Shown here: positions 1 to 12,832 of the stretch, piece after piece | Numbering within the stretch: the first letter of the stretch is position 1 | How the letters are laid out: every line of letters begins with the position of its first letter | Origin: Paraphysomonas bandaiensis | Lineage: Eukaryota; Protista; Chrysophyceae | DNA: 64,000 nucleotides | Assembly (NCBI GenBank): GCA_965644295.1 | Contig: CBFFRP010000075.1 | Coordinates: 124,001 to 188,000 of the forward strand | Direction: 5' to 3' | Notes under the pieces: model-generated | What the model was told of the DNA's origin: nothing | Database searches by the model: none | What the model saw: only the letters and a program-made list of their open reading frames with translations | Made by a program: the position numbers and the translations under genes

Positions 1-195
1 TTCGGATCAAGCGGAAGACCTATCTATACAGCTTTATGTAATAATTAATATATATCCTTTAATATAGCTTATAGTAGTGATATATCTCATCCTCAAGGAA
101 GTGTTATTTTGAAATTAAGAAGACTTCGTTTACCCTAGTCAGAGCCAGATCAGTAGATGGATGAACAAACTAGTCGAATAACATTTATACATATA

Positions 196-305
196 AATTC
201 TGTTTATTAGCAATAGGCGTTTCAGAGTATGAACCAGCCTAGTAACTAGATGAACAGACTTGTTAAAGCTAGTGTAGCTATAATACCCTAATCGAATAGT
301 TTTGT
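196..305 (-). repeat. 3' tail fragment of dispersed retroposon family (tail type A)
   Basis: ttattagcaataggcgt and ccctaatcgaatag are shared with the copy at 19568-19705. Confidence 0.6.
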
Positions 306-1216
306 ATGACGGGAGATTACACTCGACTCGTGCCATTGGAGTATTCTGGTTTGGGGGAATCGATTGTCCCACAACGTTGTAATGTTTTGAAGCAATATTG
401 ACGTGAGTATCGCGTGGATTTCGAAAAGTCCATATACTTCTTACTTGATATTATCAAAATTCGTTTTGTTGTGAATAGAATGGTGAACAAACAGGCATTC
501 TTGAATTAATGATATATTAAAATTAAAAAGGGACTTATATAACCACCTCAAAAGAAAGCTTACTGATTACTAGTGAGCTGTTAATTCAAATAATTTAATA
601 ATAACCTAACGTTCCGACAGAAAAATAAATATGAATCGTCAGGAATCATCCGTGTGTTACCGCATGATCTGCTGAAGATCATATCTGGTGGGTTGAGTAG
701 CTCCGTGGTTCCTCTTCGACAGCGAGGGTCTGGAGTCCGACGAGAACACGATCCTGACATTCACCAAATGATGAGGTGATGTCTTCGGAGTAACGCAAGG
801 CTCAATATGGAAATATTGCGGAATTAATCATCTGTCATGACATCGATAGACCTTGTCTCAATCAAAGTAAGGAGCACAACCGACTCATAACTGGAGTAGC
901 TATTACACTTCCCTTCCTGCCTTTAGTTTTGGACAGCAGTGATGGTCTGACCTCACATGTCCAGGCATGCTCAGTGACATTGGCCCAAAAACGGGGGCAC
1001 AAACACACCTTCAACGGACACACACTGAACGGAGATGATGCATTAGGTGAACCGTCATACATCGTATGGTATGGAATACACACTCCACACGCACCCAGCT
1101 CATATACATGTCTGTATACTGTGTATGCACGTATAACACGCAAATGAGGAGTTTGAGCTGAAGGCCGGGACGTCGTATTGGACCCTTAATACGACCTGAT
1201 CTGAATATTGTCAATA

Positions 1217-2030
1217 ATGAAGTTACGTCACCTGGAGAGTGCTCTGGATTCAGTAGATGTGTTTGAGGACCCTAAGATTCATCTGGAGCAGATCCCCACA
1301 TCTGCTCATCTAGCCTCACGAATGATACACACCGCCGCCGAGACATACGGGGACATCGACGAGAGATTTGTTGGTGATTTCGGGGTAGGGACGGGTATGT
1401 TGGTAAGAGAATGAGGCGCATATACTGTGCTGTCTGTCTTGACTCGTCTTCTCCTTATCAGAGCATAGCCTCCAGATTGATGGGTGCGTATCATGTGGTT
1501 GGAGTAGATGTCGATCAAGAAGCTCTGGATACTGCATGGGTAAATTTAAAAAAGAATGAAATAGATTGTGTAGATCTTATTCAGAGTGATGTTCAATCTA
1601 TATCTTTCTCCTGGGGTAAATGCATCGACTGCGTACATTTGTCTTATGTAATGATTGCGTAAATAGATTTCGACACAGTCGTAATGAATCCTCCGTTCGG
1701 AACAAGAAATACAGGAATAGATACACTTTTTATGTGCAAGGCAATGGAGGTATGGAACTATTCTACTGCGCATATTTTGTTTTAATACCCCCTCAGAGCT
1801 CATCTGTAGTGTACTCCCTACACAAGACTAGTACTAGACCGGTATGCTCATTAGTCCTGGTCATTACATAATAATTGTCTTTACAGCATTTTTTGAAATT
1901 GGCTGAGAGGAATGGCTGGACACTGGAAGTTCTCGCGGAAATGCGGTATGATATACCACGAACACACAAGTTTCACAAACAGAAATCGAAGGACATTGAA
2001 GTGGACCTATACAGAGTCTCGCACGTGTAG
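1217..2030 (+). CDS. METTL5: rRNA N6-adenosine methyltransferase METTL5-like, multi-exon
   Basis: MKLRHLESALDSVDVFEDPKIHLEQIPT, SAM motif GDFGVGTG, VVMNPPFG and YSLHKTSTR, C-terminus HKFHKQKSKDIEVDLYRVSHV*. GT-AG introns, first at 1403-1461. Confidence 0.93.
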
Positions 2031-2387
2031 TTGAGAATAGAATAAATCGTATATTTTCATTCTATTGTTAATACTTCGTACTATGTGGTAGTTATAACAT
2101 GTATCCGCTGTAGTTTATAGTAATTTTCTTAAGATTCCTTCCATACAATGTTACAAACTTAACAAGGTCTGATGAGGGACAAGCCCTTTTTACTTTTTAC
2201 CCCCCAACCCCCAAGGGGGCTTTTCTCCTTGATAATCTATCCTTAATATAATGATATTGCTTAGAAGTCCCAAGACACGCAGGAGTCCCAACATACCCCC
2301 TCGTCCATAGTTCAAGAACACTTGACTCACTGATGCAGAATCCTCCTCCATAGAGTCCTCCTGAGTGATCCTTCTGTACTTCAAGGA

Positions 2388-2540
2388 CTGACGCCGCAAG
2401 CACAAATAGCTTATGTAGCGTTAAACTGTAGGATATGAGAATTTGTATACTACTAGTCTAGCTTGACTAGTCTTCATCACCTAACTACTTATATCTGGTG
2501 TCGATTCTTGACGCCTACTGCTAAGAATAAGATATTCACA
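2388..2540 (+). repeat. Degenerate retroposon 3' tail (type A)
   Basis: gtagcgttaaactgtaggata ... acgcctactgctaagaataagatattca matches the tail at 29975-30115. Confidence 0.6.
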
Positions 2541-3074
2541 CACAGTCTGTAATTGTGATTGCTGTTTTAATCTGAGTAGCGTTGATAACGACTACAACAT
2601 CAATGATATTACGTTGCAGTGAATGCTCTGAAATGACTTTATCGTTTTCTTTATTGATAACATGTGCCTAGTGCCTAATTACTGTGAGTCATCAAAAAAC
2701 TCTGGCTTGAGGTACATGTGAATACTAATTACCTGCTCTTTCTAACAACTATCAATACTCAGAAGTAATTCTCTTTTAGCAGTTTATAGCCGGTACCACT
2801 ATGTGTATGGATACACAGCAAGAAACGACAAGGTATTCGGCTACTAATTTGGGGAAAAATTATTGCAATATATTAAAATTTCAAATACAATCATTGCAAC
2901 AGTGGGAAAATAAAAGATTTGCTACAACAATTGTTACAATATATTGTTTCTGTTGGAATACGTATGGTTCTCTAAGATAGTACTGTAGAATACGTTAAAT
3001 GTTAAATACACTGTGAAAAACAGTAATACGTATAGTCAAAGATGCTATATAGCTATAACTGTGAAACTGAAGTA

Positions 3075-3300
3075 CTATATTGAATGTCTTTTTATTTAGC
3101 AATAGGCGTTAAAAACCCGTTCCGATATAGCGGCTAGTTGAATACTAGTCTACTAGTTAGACCTCTACCCATAACTAATCAGCACAAATTCTATTATCCT
3201 ACTATTTAACGCTACAGAAGCTGCATGTGCGTCGCCGCAAGCACCAAGGTGCAACCACTTCCGTTCTTAATGTTGTTTGTGAGTTCGCCCTGCTCGTGTG
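3075..3300 (-). repeat. Retroposon 3' region with GCACC-NN-GGTGC module and type A tail
   Basis: Reverse complement aligns closely with 29925-30115 (module at 3221-3260, tail ending at ~3080). Confidence 0.8.
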
Positions 3301-4022
3301 TCTGAGGACTCACTGGCGCGTGTTGTCCGGGGGTCTCCCCTTGGGATACGGTTCCGCCTGACTCTGAGGTACCGGGTTCTGTATTAAGGTCCTGAGTGTA
3401 CCGAGCACTAGATGTGTGGACTGAGAGGTTGATGGTGTGGTGGAATGTGGCGGTGTCGCCATGCACCGTTTGGGCGTTGGGCATAGGTGGAGTTGCCGGA
3501 GACGTCGTCGCCGTTGTCTAGTACTATACCATGAAGATTCAAGATACGGAAGTTGAGCAGTGGTTGACATGAACGAAATAATTTATCATGTTGTTGACAT
3601 GTGTTACATGAGGACAACACACACAATGTATACAATTATAATAACATAATCTATCAAGTTTGACTAACTTAAACTCTCTTAAAACGATCTTCATTGTCTG
3701 AAAATGGTCAATAGTTTCCTATCCCTGCTCACACGGCAAGTTCTAGAAAACGGTGTTCTACGGTATTTTATGTTTTACTGCTGAACTCTTAGAACACGCT
3801 TTCTGTCGTGTGATAAATTTCCTCCACGTACTTACTGGATACTGGTGGGAGTCGCTGTAGCAATTATAATATATATCACGGATTAAAGTACACTAAGGTG
3901 TACGCAAGTTTAAAAGTCTAAACTGTCCGATTGCATATAAAAACATACACTAATTATCGATGAGCTTATTTCAGAAGACAATACGGCTTGAACTACTATC
4001 AACTATCAAGTTCTGAGTTATG

Positions 4023-5374
4023 TCAATAAAATGCATTATTTGTCGCAGCATTTAATCGCTCCAGAGTACTCTTCTGCTGTAATTTTTGTATTGCAGCATT
4101 TTGCAGCCTGCTTCGTGGTAATTGTCGTTTCTTCACTTTGTCATAACGAGCATTGATTGGAGTAGGGTGAGATATTTCTGACGTATTCTGACTATATATA
4201 AATGAAGTGTTAGGCCACACCAAAATGAAACCATTTCTTCCACAAGGTGCTCGTGTGGAATGAAGGCCCATGAGATAATCATCCGGAGTAGTTGTCCAGT
4301 GCTTTTCTTTTCTAAAACCAACTAATAAAACAGAACTATTGGATGCTGCGACCGTTGCATCAAACACACCACTATTGTTGAAGTGCACTGTCTGATCTGC
4401 CTCTGTGTAGTATACGTGGGTGATGAGTCGTGGAAAAGGAAAGAGAAGGGACCCATATTTCGCACGAGTGTGTTTTAGTTGAGTCGATTGATCGCATAAG
4501 CCACGTAATTCAATAGGAAGGGAGACTTTACTCTGCGAGGCGTACATACAGTTGTTCTGACGCACGAATAATTGTCCCCATGCCAGTAAGTAGAATGGAA
4601 GTGTCGCGGGCTTCGGCACGTTGAATTGCTTTATAGCTACAAACGGTGCTATATTGGAATACATGCCAATCTACATGCCATCAATATGTGCGTCAAGAAA
4701 GTAACATTATAGAAAGTCTCAGTTACCATATTCTGAAGGATATCCTCGTCACCAGAGCTGGATACACCTATCACAACTCGCCCAAAATACTTCAACGATG
4801 AGCACACAGTAGCTATACATTGCAGGGCCTTGGTCGTCGCATTAACCAACGAATTACCTTGACCAATAGAGTGAACCTTCAAATCTTTCGAAACTCCAGG
4901 AGGGCGACCGCTATAAAATGGTATTAGAGCAATAAAGTTTGGCCGCACAGAAACATTCAACTCTGTGCACTCGCCCTGTGCTGCAGCAGTGGAGTATGCG
5001 TGAGTCAGAGATTCAGCAATGTCGTAGCCTCTATGCCTCATGACAGAATGCTCGAATGCACTCATGTGGTTGATATAATACAGATGCGAGTCGGATAACT
5101 GAAAAGTGTGTTCTGTTCGCGATATCAAAGAAAAAAACGCCTCCTCCATTTTGAGAGTTGACGTGCTAAATCGAGCTTTCTGGTACAAAGCGGTGTGAGC
5201 CAACCTACAGAGGGCGCTGTTAACATACGCTGACATGTTAGGGAATACAAACCAAGATGCAGTGTACGGACACGCTATACCACCAACAGAGTTCAGTTCT
5301 ATCGGTGCCACATCAGCCACCAATGCCTCCATTAAGAGGAGTAGGGCTACCCTCAGGACCGTTCCATGAGGCAT
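4023..5374 (-). CDS. Secreted/membrane protein of unknown family, possible GT-A glycosyltransferase; paralogue of 34319-35611
   Basis: Two ORFs joined by intron 4671-4726; hydrophobic N-terminus; shared motifs CPYTASW, IPFYxGRPP, GQGNSLV, HVYYTExDQ. Confidence 0.75.
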
Positions 5375-5745
5375 GACACGATAATCAGGAGTGCAGGAGC
5401 GCCTCCTCCACACTCAACCGTCGCCCCTGCTAGTCTGGAAGTGAGTGTTGGACTTATCAGGAAGGAAATCGCGATATATCGCGAGTGGGTGTACATACAT
5501 CATCATCAGCACGTACTTTTTATTGTATTTTCACTTTCCACAACTGCAGCAGAATACCAAACACGTTGTTGAATCTGAATCTGTAATTGGGGTAATCAGG
5601 ACGTCTCTTCTGTGTGCAATGCATGTGCAAGTCTGCGTGTTTGTGCATAGCACAGCTGGGGCTTGTATTTCTAAGGTGTGCATTTCCACTCGACAACCAT
5701 AACACATATTGAACATAGCATTGCCAGGTCTGACACTATTGAAAC

Positions 5746-6851
5746 ATGATCCGAACTGTTATTGGAATTGCTGCTATGATGGCCACCGCGTCAGGCCGGC
5801 CGATCACTCTGTCAGAGATGAATATCGACCCCTCTGGCGTCTCTGTTAGTGGTCTCTCTGCTGGGGCTTTTATGGCCGTACAAATGCACGTTGCCTATAG
5901 TTCCACTATCAATGGCAGCGCTATATTTGCAGGGGGGCCTTTTTATTGTGCGCAGGATAGCCTCATGATTGCGGAAGGTATTGATAGAGCTCTTGTTTGT
6001 GTGTTGCTGATATCTAGTTATATTTAGAGCAGTGTATGTACGCCCTCATGGGAGGACCGGCCACGAGCCGCCTTGTAACGTATACTAATTCTCAGGCCTC
6101 TTCCGGACATATTGATGAGACAAGCAATTTGGCGGACGATCGCGTGTACTTGTTCAGCGGAAAGGATGATAGTGTTGTGAACCCCAAGGTTATGCACGCG
6201 TTGGAAGACTACTATTCAACTTACATGGACTCATCTAATATTGAGTCTGAGTTTACACTTAAAGCTCAGCATTGTTTACCTACTATGAACTTTGGTGAAG
6301 CCTGTGATATTAAGAAGTCTCCTTTCATCGGCAAGTGCAACTACGACGGTGCAGGCATTGCTCTGAACCAAATCTACGGTCCAGGACTTACAGAGGGTAA
6401 TATCATATAAGAGCTCTTAGTGAAATTACTAATTTTTTATCTGGTTTTGATTGTTTGAGCAGGAAAAGCCGTTTCCGGTAATTTGCAGGAGTTTGACCAG
6501 ACTGATTTCTTTTCTGGCCCTGGTACTTCCCTCGATTCTACAGGGTACATATACATCCCTACTGCATGTGCAGAGGGTGCTACTTGCAAACTTCACATGT
6601 CTTTCCATGGTTGTGAACAAGGACAAAGCTATATTGGTAATGAGTATGCTGCTGACACAGGGTTCAACTCGTGGGCCGAAGCGAATAATATTATTGTTGT
6701 GTACCCATATGCCGTGAAAGATTTATCTCTTGGCAATGGAAATGGTTGCTTTGATTGGTGGGGATACACCAATGCGGACTACTCTATTAAGAGTGGTGTT
6801 CAGATGGCTTTCTCGAAAGCTATAATCGATACTCTAATGGGTACTGCCTAA
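5746..6851 (+). CDS. Secreted poly(3-hydroxybutyrate) depolymerase-like alpha/beta hydrolase
   Basis: Signal peptide; lipase box VSGLSAGAFMA; AGGPFYCA; FSGKDDSVV; FHGCEQ; NGCFDWWGYT; introns near 5978-6027 and 6398-6462. Confidence 0.88.
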
Positions 6852-7259
6852 TTGCCGTTTTCAATTATGATAATGGCGTAAATCGAAAGGATGTAATATT
6901 GATTAGTCCTTTTCGAACCATGGTGATAACATTGAATGATATATAGCAAAAAATATCATACTCATTACATGCAGTTGACGCTTTTCGTCTGTGTTAAGGA
7001 AGCAGAGTATATCTTAGTTGTGTCGCGAATTTGAAGCATTATTGTGTATTTCTTGTTTGCTTCATCACGGAAGGATTATAAATAATACGAAAGATTTGAA
7101 TTATTAGTGTGCTGACTCGAACATTTAGATATTATACAGATACTATATAACGAAGTCTGGATATGGTTTGACACCATTTTATTGTGTTTAGAAAATCAGA
7201 CTTGGCTAGACTACCCAACTGAAGGCAATCTATTTCCGTACCAATAAATTATTAATTAT

Positions 7260-7362
7260 TATTGCTTTAATTGAAAATTGAGACAGGAAGTAATAATTGC
7301 AATTATAATTGACTACAACCTGTATCAATTAATTGTTGACAATTATTTGATACATTGCCCTG
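7260..7362. mobile_element. Solo terminal fragment of the CAGGGCTGCG MITE family
   Basis: Matches the reverse complement of 39712-39810 and ends in tgatacattgccctg. Confidence 0.7.
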
Positions 7363-7889
7363 TTATTGCGTTATTGCTTCTGTGTTCCACAATAAATTTA
7401 GCGTCGGGTCCTATATTTTACAAGTTCTACGAAAGACGTTTTGTAATTTATATATCACTCAGATCGTTGAAGAAAAGTGGAATTGAGATATATTATTATT
7501 GCATAGACAGTTGTGTGATACTGCATATATATAATGTATAATATATTGCCAACATATTTTACAGTTCTACATTCTACAGTTTTTAGCAATTACTGTAAAA
7601 CTGTGGTATCTTAAATCATCACGAGTTACGACACTTCAGTTTACAATATATTATGTTGTATTTAGGCTACACACTACAGTTTTATTTTCACATTGAATTT
7701 CACGAATGAAATAGTTCTACCTTCTTGTGGGGAACATGCGTATTTCAATGCACAATACATATATATTATTTTATCAAATACGCGTTTTATATTGCGATCT
7801 TATTTTACACGATGCAGGTATCTAGTATATATTTTATTTATATTGCTCACAGTACAACGTAATGACTTGTACTAGTCATATCAAACTTT

Positions 7890-8527
7890 TCGTAATTGAT
7901 ATCTGCCCCATTCCGAGAGCGTACCCTAGTAAATTGCTAGTGTTGTCTAGTTGTCTAGAGGCTAAGAGTAACGTATAGATTGTTAATAGAATCTCAGTGC
8001 ATTCACAGGCCCACCACGACCAAACCGCCAATACTAAATCTCCTCCAGGTCTCCTCCACCCCCAGACATCCACGAGCCAAAAACCCCCCTCACGCACTCC
8101 CACCACGCACAAAAAACAAGTGTTCATCACATTCTCCACTCGGCCCCCACCACCTACACCGCGCTCCTATCCTCCATACCACACAAACCCGTCTCGCCTC
8201 GTGACTCCGAAGCGCATATAGTCCCCACCTCTAATACAACAGAGGTGTTCTCTAAAGGTCGCCCCTCTGACTAAATGCATTAGCCGGAACAGTTGCACCA
8301 TGGTGCTCGCAGCAATGCATAAGCAGTTCTGGGGCGCTAACAGATAGAGGGCGATATCGTTTGCTACCTACAATAGCACTGGAATATGAAGAATTGTAGA
8401 TGTGTGTAGATTAACAATATTACTGATGTTGTTATTCATGCACCAAAACTGCGGTATACTGTATATTAGCTTTCACTACTGTATATCAGACTAGTAAAAA
8501 GCGCCAACACAACTAATAATCAGACTT
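7890..8527 (+). mobile_element. Degenerate retroposon copy (C-rich body, palindromic module, TAATAATCAGA end)
   Basis: Module tgcaccatggtgctcgcagcaatgcataagcag at 8294-8326; ends taataatcagac at ~8525; 5' boundary approximate. Confidence 0.55.
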
Positions 8528-10451
8528 TATTATGGAAGAGTGATGATGTGTAGTCTGTTATTTCAAAGATTGTTTTGCGTCAACTCTAGACATACATTCC
8601 TCTTACGAAGTTCATTTAAAGTTACAGCATTAACTTTCGTTTAAATATTTTTGATTTATTCATCATTTATTTGCAATAATGAAGGTAGCTGAATCGTTGG
8701 TCAGCTGTGCCGTTCTCTTCATCGTTATAGTATTAGTTGCTAACTCTAACAGCACCTCTTTCATATCTGTCGCATTAATCTTCTCGTCTGTTTAGATTTC
8801 ATAACTGATGATTCATATATATGCAAAAAATTAGATAGTATTAAGAAACGTTTGGTATGATGTAGTTACTATATTATGCACTGTTAATAATATTTTTACA
8901 ATACAGCAAGAAATATTGTTCCCTACTAGACCTGTGTAAAATCACCCAGGGCTATAAACCGATGTATACTTTCTTAAATAATAAATGGTCACTATTATCA
9001 ATAAAATGATTATATAACCAATAGCCAACCTATCATTATAATATAGATATTGCCCATTCCGAGGGCGTGTCATAGTGTCTCGCTGGTATAACACCTATAA
9101 CAACAAGATATAACACTGATTCTACCACCCGCTCCCGTGCACCAACGTTGCTGACCGCATATAGATCACGCGCAGATTCTGTTGCCGCCCCACCCGTGTT
9201 CACCTTTGCTAAGATTACAGGGATTTTTCATAATAACTATGCACGACTTTTATATTAGTAATGCGCGCAGATTCTAGTAGAACCATATATATACCTTTCC
9301 ATTACCTAACAATGTTTACGCGGAGCTTCACGTGATCATACTCAGTATAGGTCTAGTGTGTCATTTTGGCAGCCCCCCTCCCCTAAAATGCGCGGAGTTT
9401 CTTGTTATCCCATATAGACTATGCAAGTATAGTGTAGATCCAGCTAGAGCTTGCTTAATGCTGATACACAAAGAATGTGTTGGCTTGGTTCGGTAATGTG
9501 CGTTGTCGTCTGTGTGCTGGGTGTGAGAGCTTGGATATGGCGCCTTCCTCAGTCCTTAAGCTTCTTGTTCTCCACACTGGAACATGAAGATCTTCTTGCA
9601 AGGCTTCTTAATGGTTAGTAGCATCCCACAATATGTAATTGGCTCGTAGGAATAGCAACAATTTTCTAGACGATATGGATTTCATGATTTGACGCTCAGG
9701 TGTCAAAATAATATAATCAACTATGCATTAGACTAAGGAGCCTCTCAACAACATTAGATTGTATTTTGATATGAAGCAAGCAGAGGTACTAAGTCTAGCT
9801 CTCTTGGTGACCACGGCGCTGCTCAGGAATGTTTGGGTCATTTTTAGGTTCTAATTCTTCATCAGTGCTTAATGATATCTTCCCCTTCACGTATGATGGT
9901 ATTTCTGAAGAAGTGATGGTGTCTCTGAAATGATGGCTTGGAGTTAGTTTCGGGATGTCGTTAGTGAATAGACATGATAAGTCCATATGGTGGAGCGGAC
10001 TAATCAAGAGACATTTCGTTTCCTCACATAGCAAAAGATTACAAAATTGGAGTGACCCAGGGTGCTATTTGCTGATACAGTTTATCCTGAATAGTATAGT
10101 TTCGAGTTAGACAGACACGACTTTCACTTTGAGGTTATACTTTGGAACTATTTTCGTCTATCTGAGAATCCTTCATAATTCACTCAATATCAACAAACAC
10201 GTCGGAACAACTCACTCAAAAATATTAGAGTTGTGTGATACGTGATACAGGATACCTGTGTGATATACAAGGCTGCAGAGAAGCAGAGAATATCTTTTTT
10301 GTATCGCGATTTTAAAGCATTATTATTAAGTATATTTATTTTCTTCATCACCGAAAGATTATAAATAATTCTAAAACTAGCAATGGAATATACACATGCG
10401 AATATCTAATAATATGATTTAAGTTTTTACTCACGTGTTAGCGATAGTATT

Positions 10452-11401
10452 TCACAGATACCATATCATGCCTTCTATTCCCACCGCCACACCAATATTA
10501 GCAAGTGAATTAATCAGTTCTGGATCTTTTCTCCATAGTCGATTTGAGTGGTTTAAATGAATCAATGTGACATCACCAGATTTTTTACTATTCGTTTCAG
10601 TTTCGGCGTAGCGGAGGCACTGTATTATATCAGTAGTTTGTGTAACTCTAGGGTGAGGAATTTTCGTCATATCACGACCAGGCAATTCGTTGTCATCATA
10701 AAATGTTGCATCAAGTAATAAAAACTCATGCTGACCGGCCAACTCTGATAGCGTGACTTTCATGTTGTCCCAGCCATCGACGTCCGGACAATAAAATAAT
10801 TTGTACGACGGCCCACAAAGAGTGAAAGCAAACGTATCAGTAAAGTCGGCTCTATGGGGTACAATTCTAGCTATAACGCTTACATTCGATGATAGTACAA
10901 CCTTCTCATTATTAGACAGTTTAATCGGATGAAAATTCTGATTTTGGTACAAAACTCTCCACGGTTCGTTTTGTGAGAGGAACTGATGCATGCTGTCTGA
11001 TGCGAACAGAGGTACCCGAGAAGAGTTTTGTCCTTCTTTTCCAAAGTACAGTATTCCCGGGTAATGCCCAGCATGTGCGTGAGTCAAAAATATCCCTATG
11101 AAACACACAGAGCATGAGGGCGATATAGTCTGCACACACACAACTGAACCCTCTTGCCTGCTAACTCAAAATCAACCAACTTTGACGCATGTTTCGCCCA
11201 CTGCTGATTCAACTGAGGAGAAGCGTCGAACAACCACCACTGCTTGTTCTCATAGTCCAATAGAGCCATACTGACAGCACTGTCTGCAGCTACCACACCC
11301 TCATACACTAGACGGCAGTTAGCACACCTGCAACCCACTTGAGGGAAACCGCCGTCCTGAGATGCTCCGAGTAATATCACCTCCACTGATGTGCTTGCCA
11401 T
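10452..11401 (-). CDS. PqqB-like metallo-beta-lactamase fold hydrolase
   Basis: ILLGASQDGGFPQVGCRCANC, FDASP, FLTHAHAGHY, VPHR, LLDATFY, IPHP, LIHLNHSN; one intron ~11099-11159. Confidence 0.88.
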
Positions 11402-11519
11402 GAGCTATGCTGTTGTTAGTATGCCATGCATGTGGATCACAGCGCTGCAGGATATGCAGCTGCAGAGCATAGACGACAATGATACGCACATCCCACGTGC
11501 GTGGCTGATGCAGTCAGTA

Positions 11520-11751
11520 CCGTACCCCTGTATATGTACTCCTGTACCTGTACCCCTGTATATGTACTCCTGTACCTGTACCCCTGTATATGTACCCCTG
11601 TACCTGTACTCCTGTACCTGTACCTGTATATGTACTCCTGTACCTGTACCCCTGTACCTGTACTCCTGTACCTGTACCCCTGTACCTGTACTCCTGTTCC
11701 TGTACTCCTGTACCTGTACCCCTGTACCTGTACCCCTGTACCTGTACTCCT
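11520..11751. repeat. Imperfect tandem repeat built from TGTACC / TGTACTCC / TGTACCCC units
   Basis: Directly visible; lies between two divergent start codons and produces spurious YSCTCTP ORFs. Confidence 0.95.
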
Positions 11752-11864
11752 CTGTGTGGCACATACACACAGCATCGTCAACATCCACCAGACTGCACCG
11801 GTACACTCCACCAGGCTGCAGATACACATATATATGGTGTAAGATAAGTCGATATCCCTCTCAC

Positions 11865-12832
11865 ATGTCTGTCGACGAAAAGAAACCCCAGCCAAAGCCC
11901 CCTCTGGAGTGCATGGTGTGCGGTAAGCTGTTTCCTCGAGGGGCTCTTGATCTAGCGCGTCATCAGACTGCTCTCACTCTGCTGCATCGAGTCAGCGACA
12001 AGAAGAGCAGCACTTTCAAATATGGATGTCGACACTGTGGGACATTCTTTACATCAGAGGAACACATGTCGATGCACTCGAGGATGTCTTCATGTGGCAA
12101 GGAGAGGTCAGGGTTTAAGGTGCCTGATGATGAGTGTATAGTGTGTGGAGAGCCTCTGCCGCACGGGACTAATGCCGCCGCTGAACACGAGGCTCAGTTC
12201 CCGAAGCACATATACTCCAATAGCAAAAGACTGTCTCTACAGTATATATGCATTAAATGCGGACTTTACTTTCCTTCCGAAGAAATTGTTGAGCAGCATA
12301 GCAACGAATCCTTTTGTGCACGATTTGGGAAAAAGAGAACTGCAAGTGATAGAAAACACACACCTTCAAAAGAATCAACAGAGAGAGCGTATGAGCCAAG
12401 CAGTAAGCGCCCGAAACCCTCCCCCGTCGCGGCCACCCAACCTGCAGCTCCTGTCGATACCACTTCAGGGCCGCAGACAGTCACGAGGAAAGCTAAGAAG
12501 GTCGGGTACAAGGGATCAAACGCTGCCGCGATACAAAGTCTAAGACGAACAAAGAGAGTAAGGGCATTGATTCCTGCAGGTGCCAACTCGAATTTTTTAT
12601 TGTTAGTCTTAATAGCTGTGTAGACCGCAAGACTTTATATGCCATATGCTCCCTGTTGGCTGACAAGGAAGCTATGCTCAAGGAACCCGATCCTCCAAGT
12701 GCTGAGAATATCATTGATCGGATACAGGAGTCAAAGAAGCCATTAATCGAGAGACTGAAGGAGTAAGATGCTGATCATAAAGTTTTTTATGTTGACTAAC
12801 CACCTGTCAGGGTTCTAAACCACGACTGCTAG
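11865..12832 (+). CDS. C2H2-type zinc finger protein (four CxxC units)
   Basis: CMVCGKLF..H, CRHCGTFF..H, CIVCG, CIKCGLYF..H; basic NLS-like stretch; introns 12580-12623 and ~12763-12810. Confidence 0.75.

Noticed and set aside
630-990. Possible U3/box C/D snoRNA, or a small minus-strand gene opposite METTL5
   Set aside because: TGATGA is present but the other boxes are unconvincing, and I could not assemble a coherent spliced ORF. Needs Infernal or RNA-seq.
2165-2195. CTGATGAG hammerhead ribozyme core
   Set aside because: The following hairpin is not followed by GAAA.
9410-10040. Exon-like segments with splice signals
   Set aside because: Spliced frames stop early and show no recognisable homology.
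11391-11864. N-terminal part of the 410-aa ORF and overlapping ORFs
   Set aside because: Read-through of a stop-free tandem repeat; the real start is most likely 11865.
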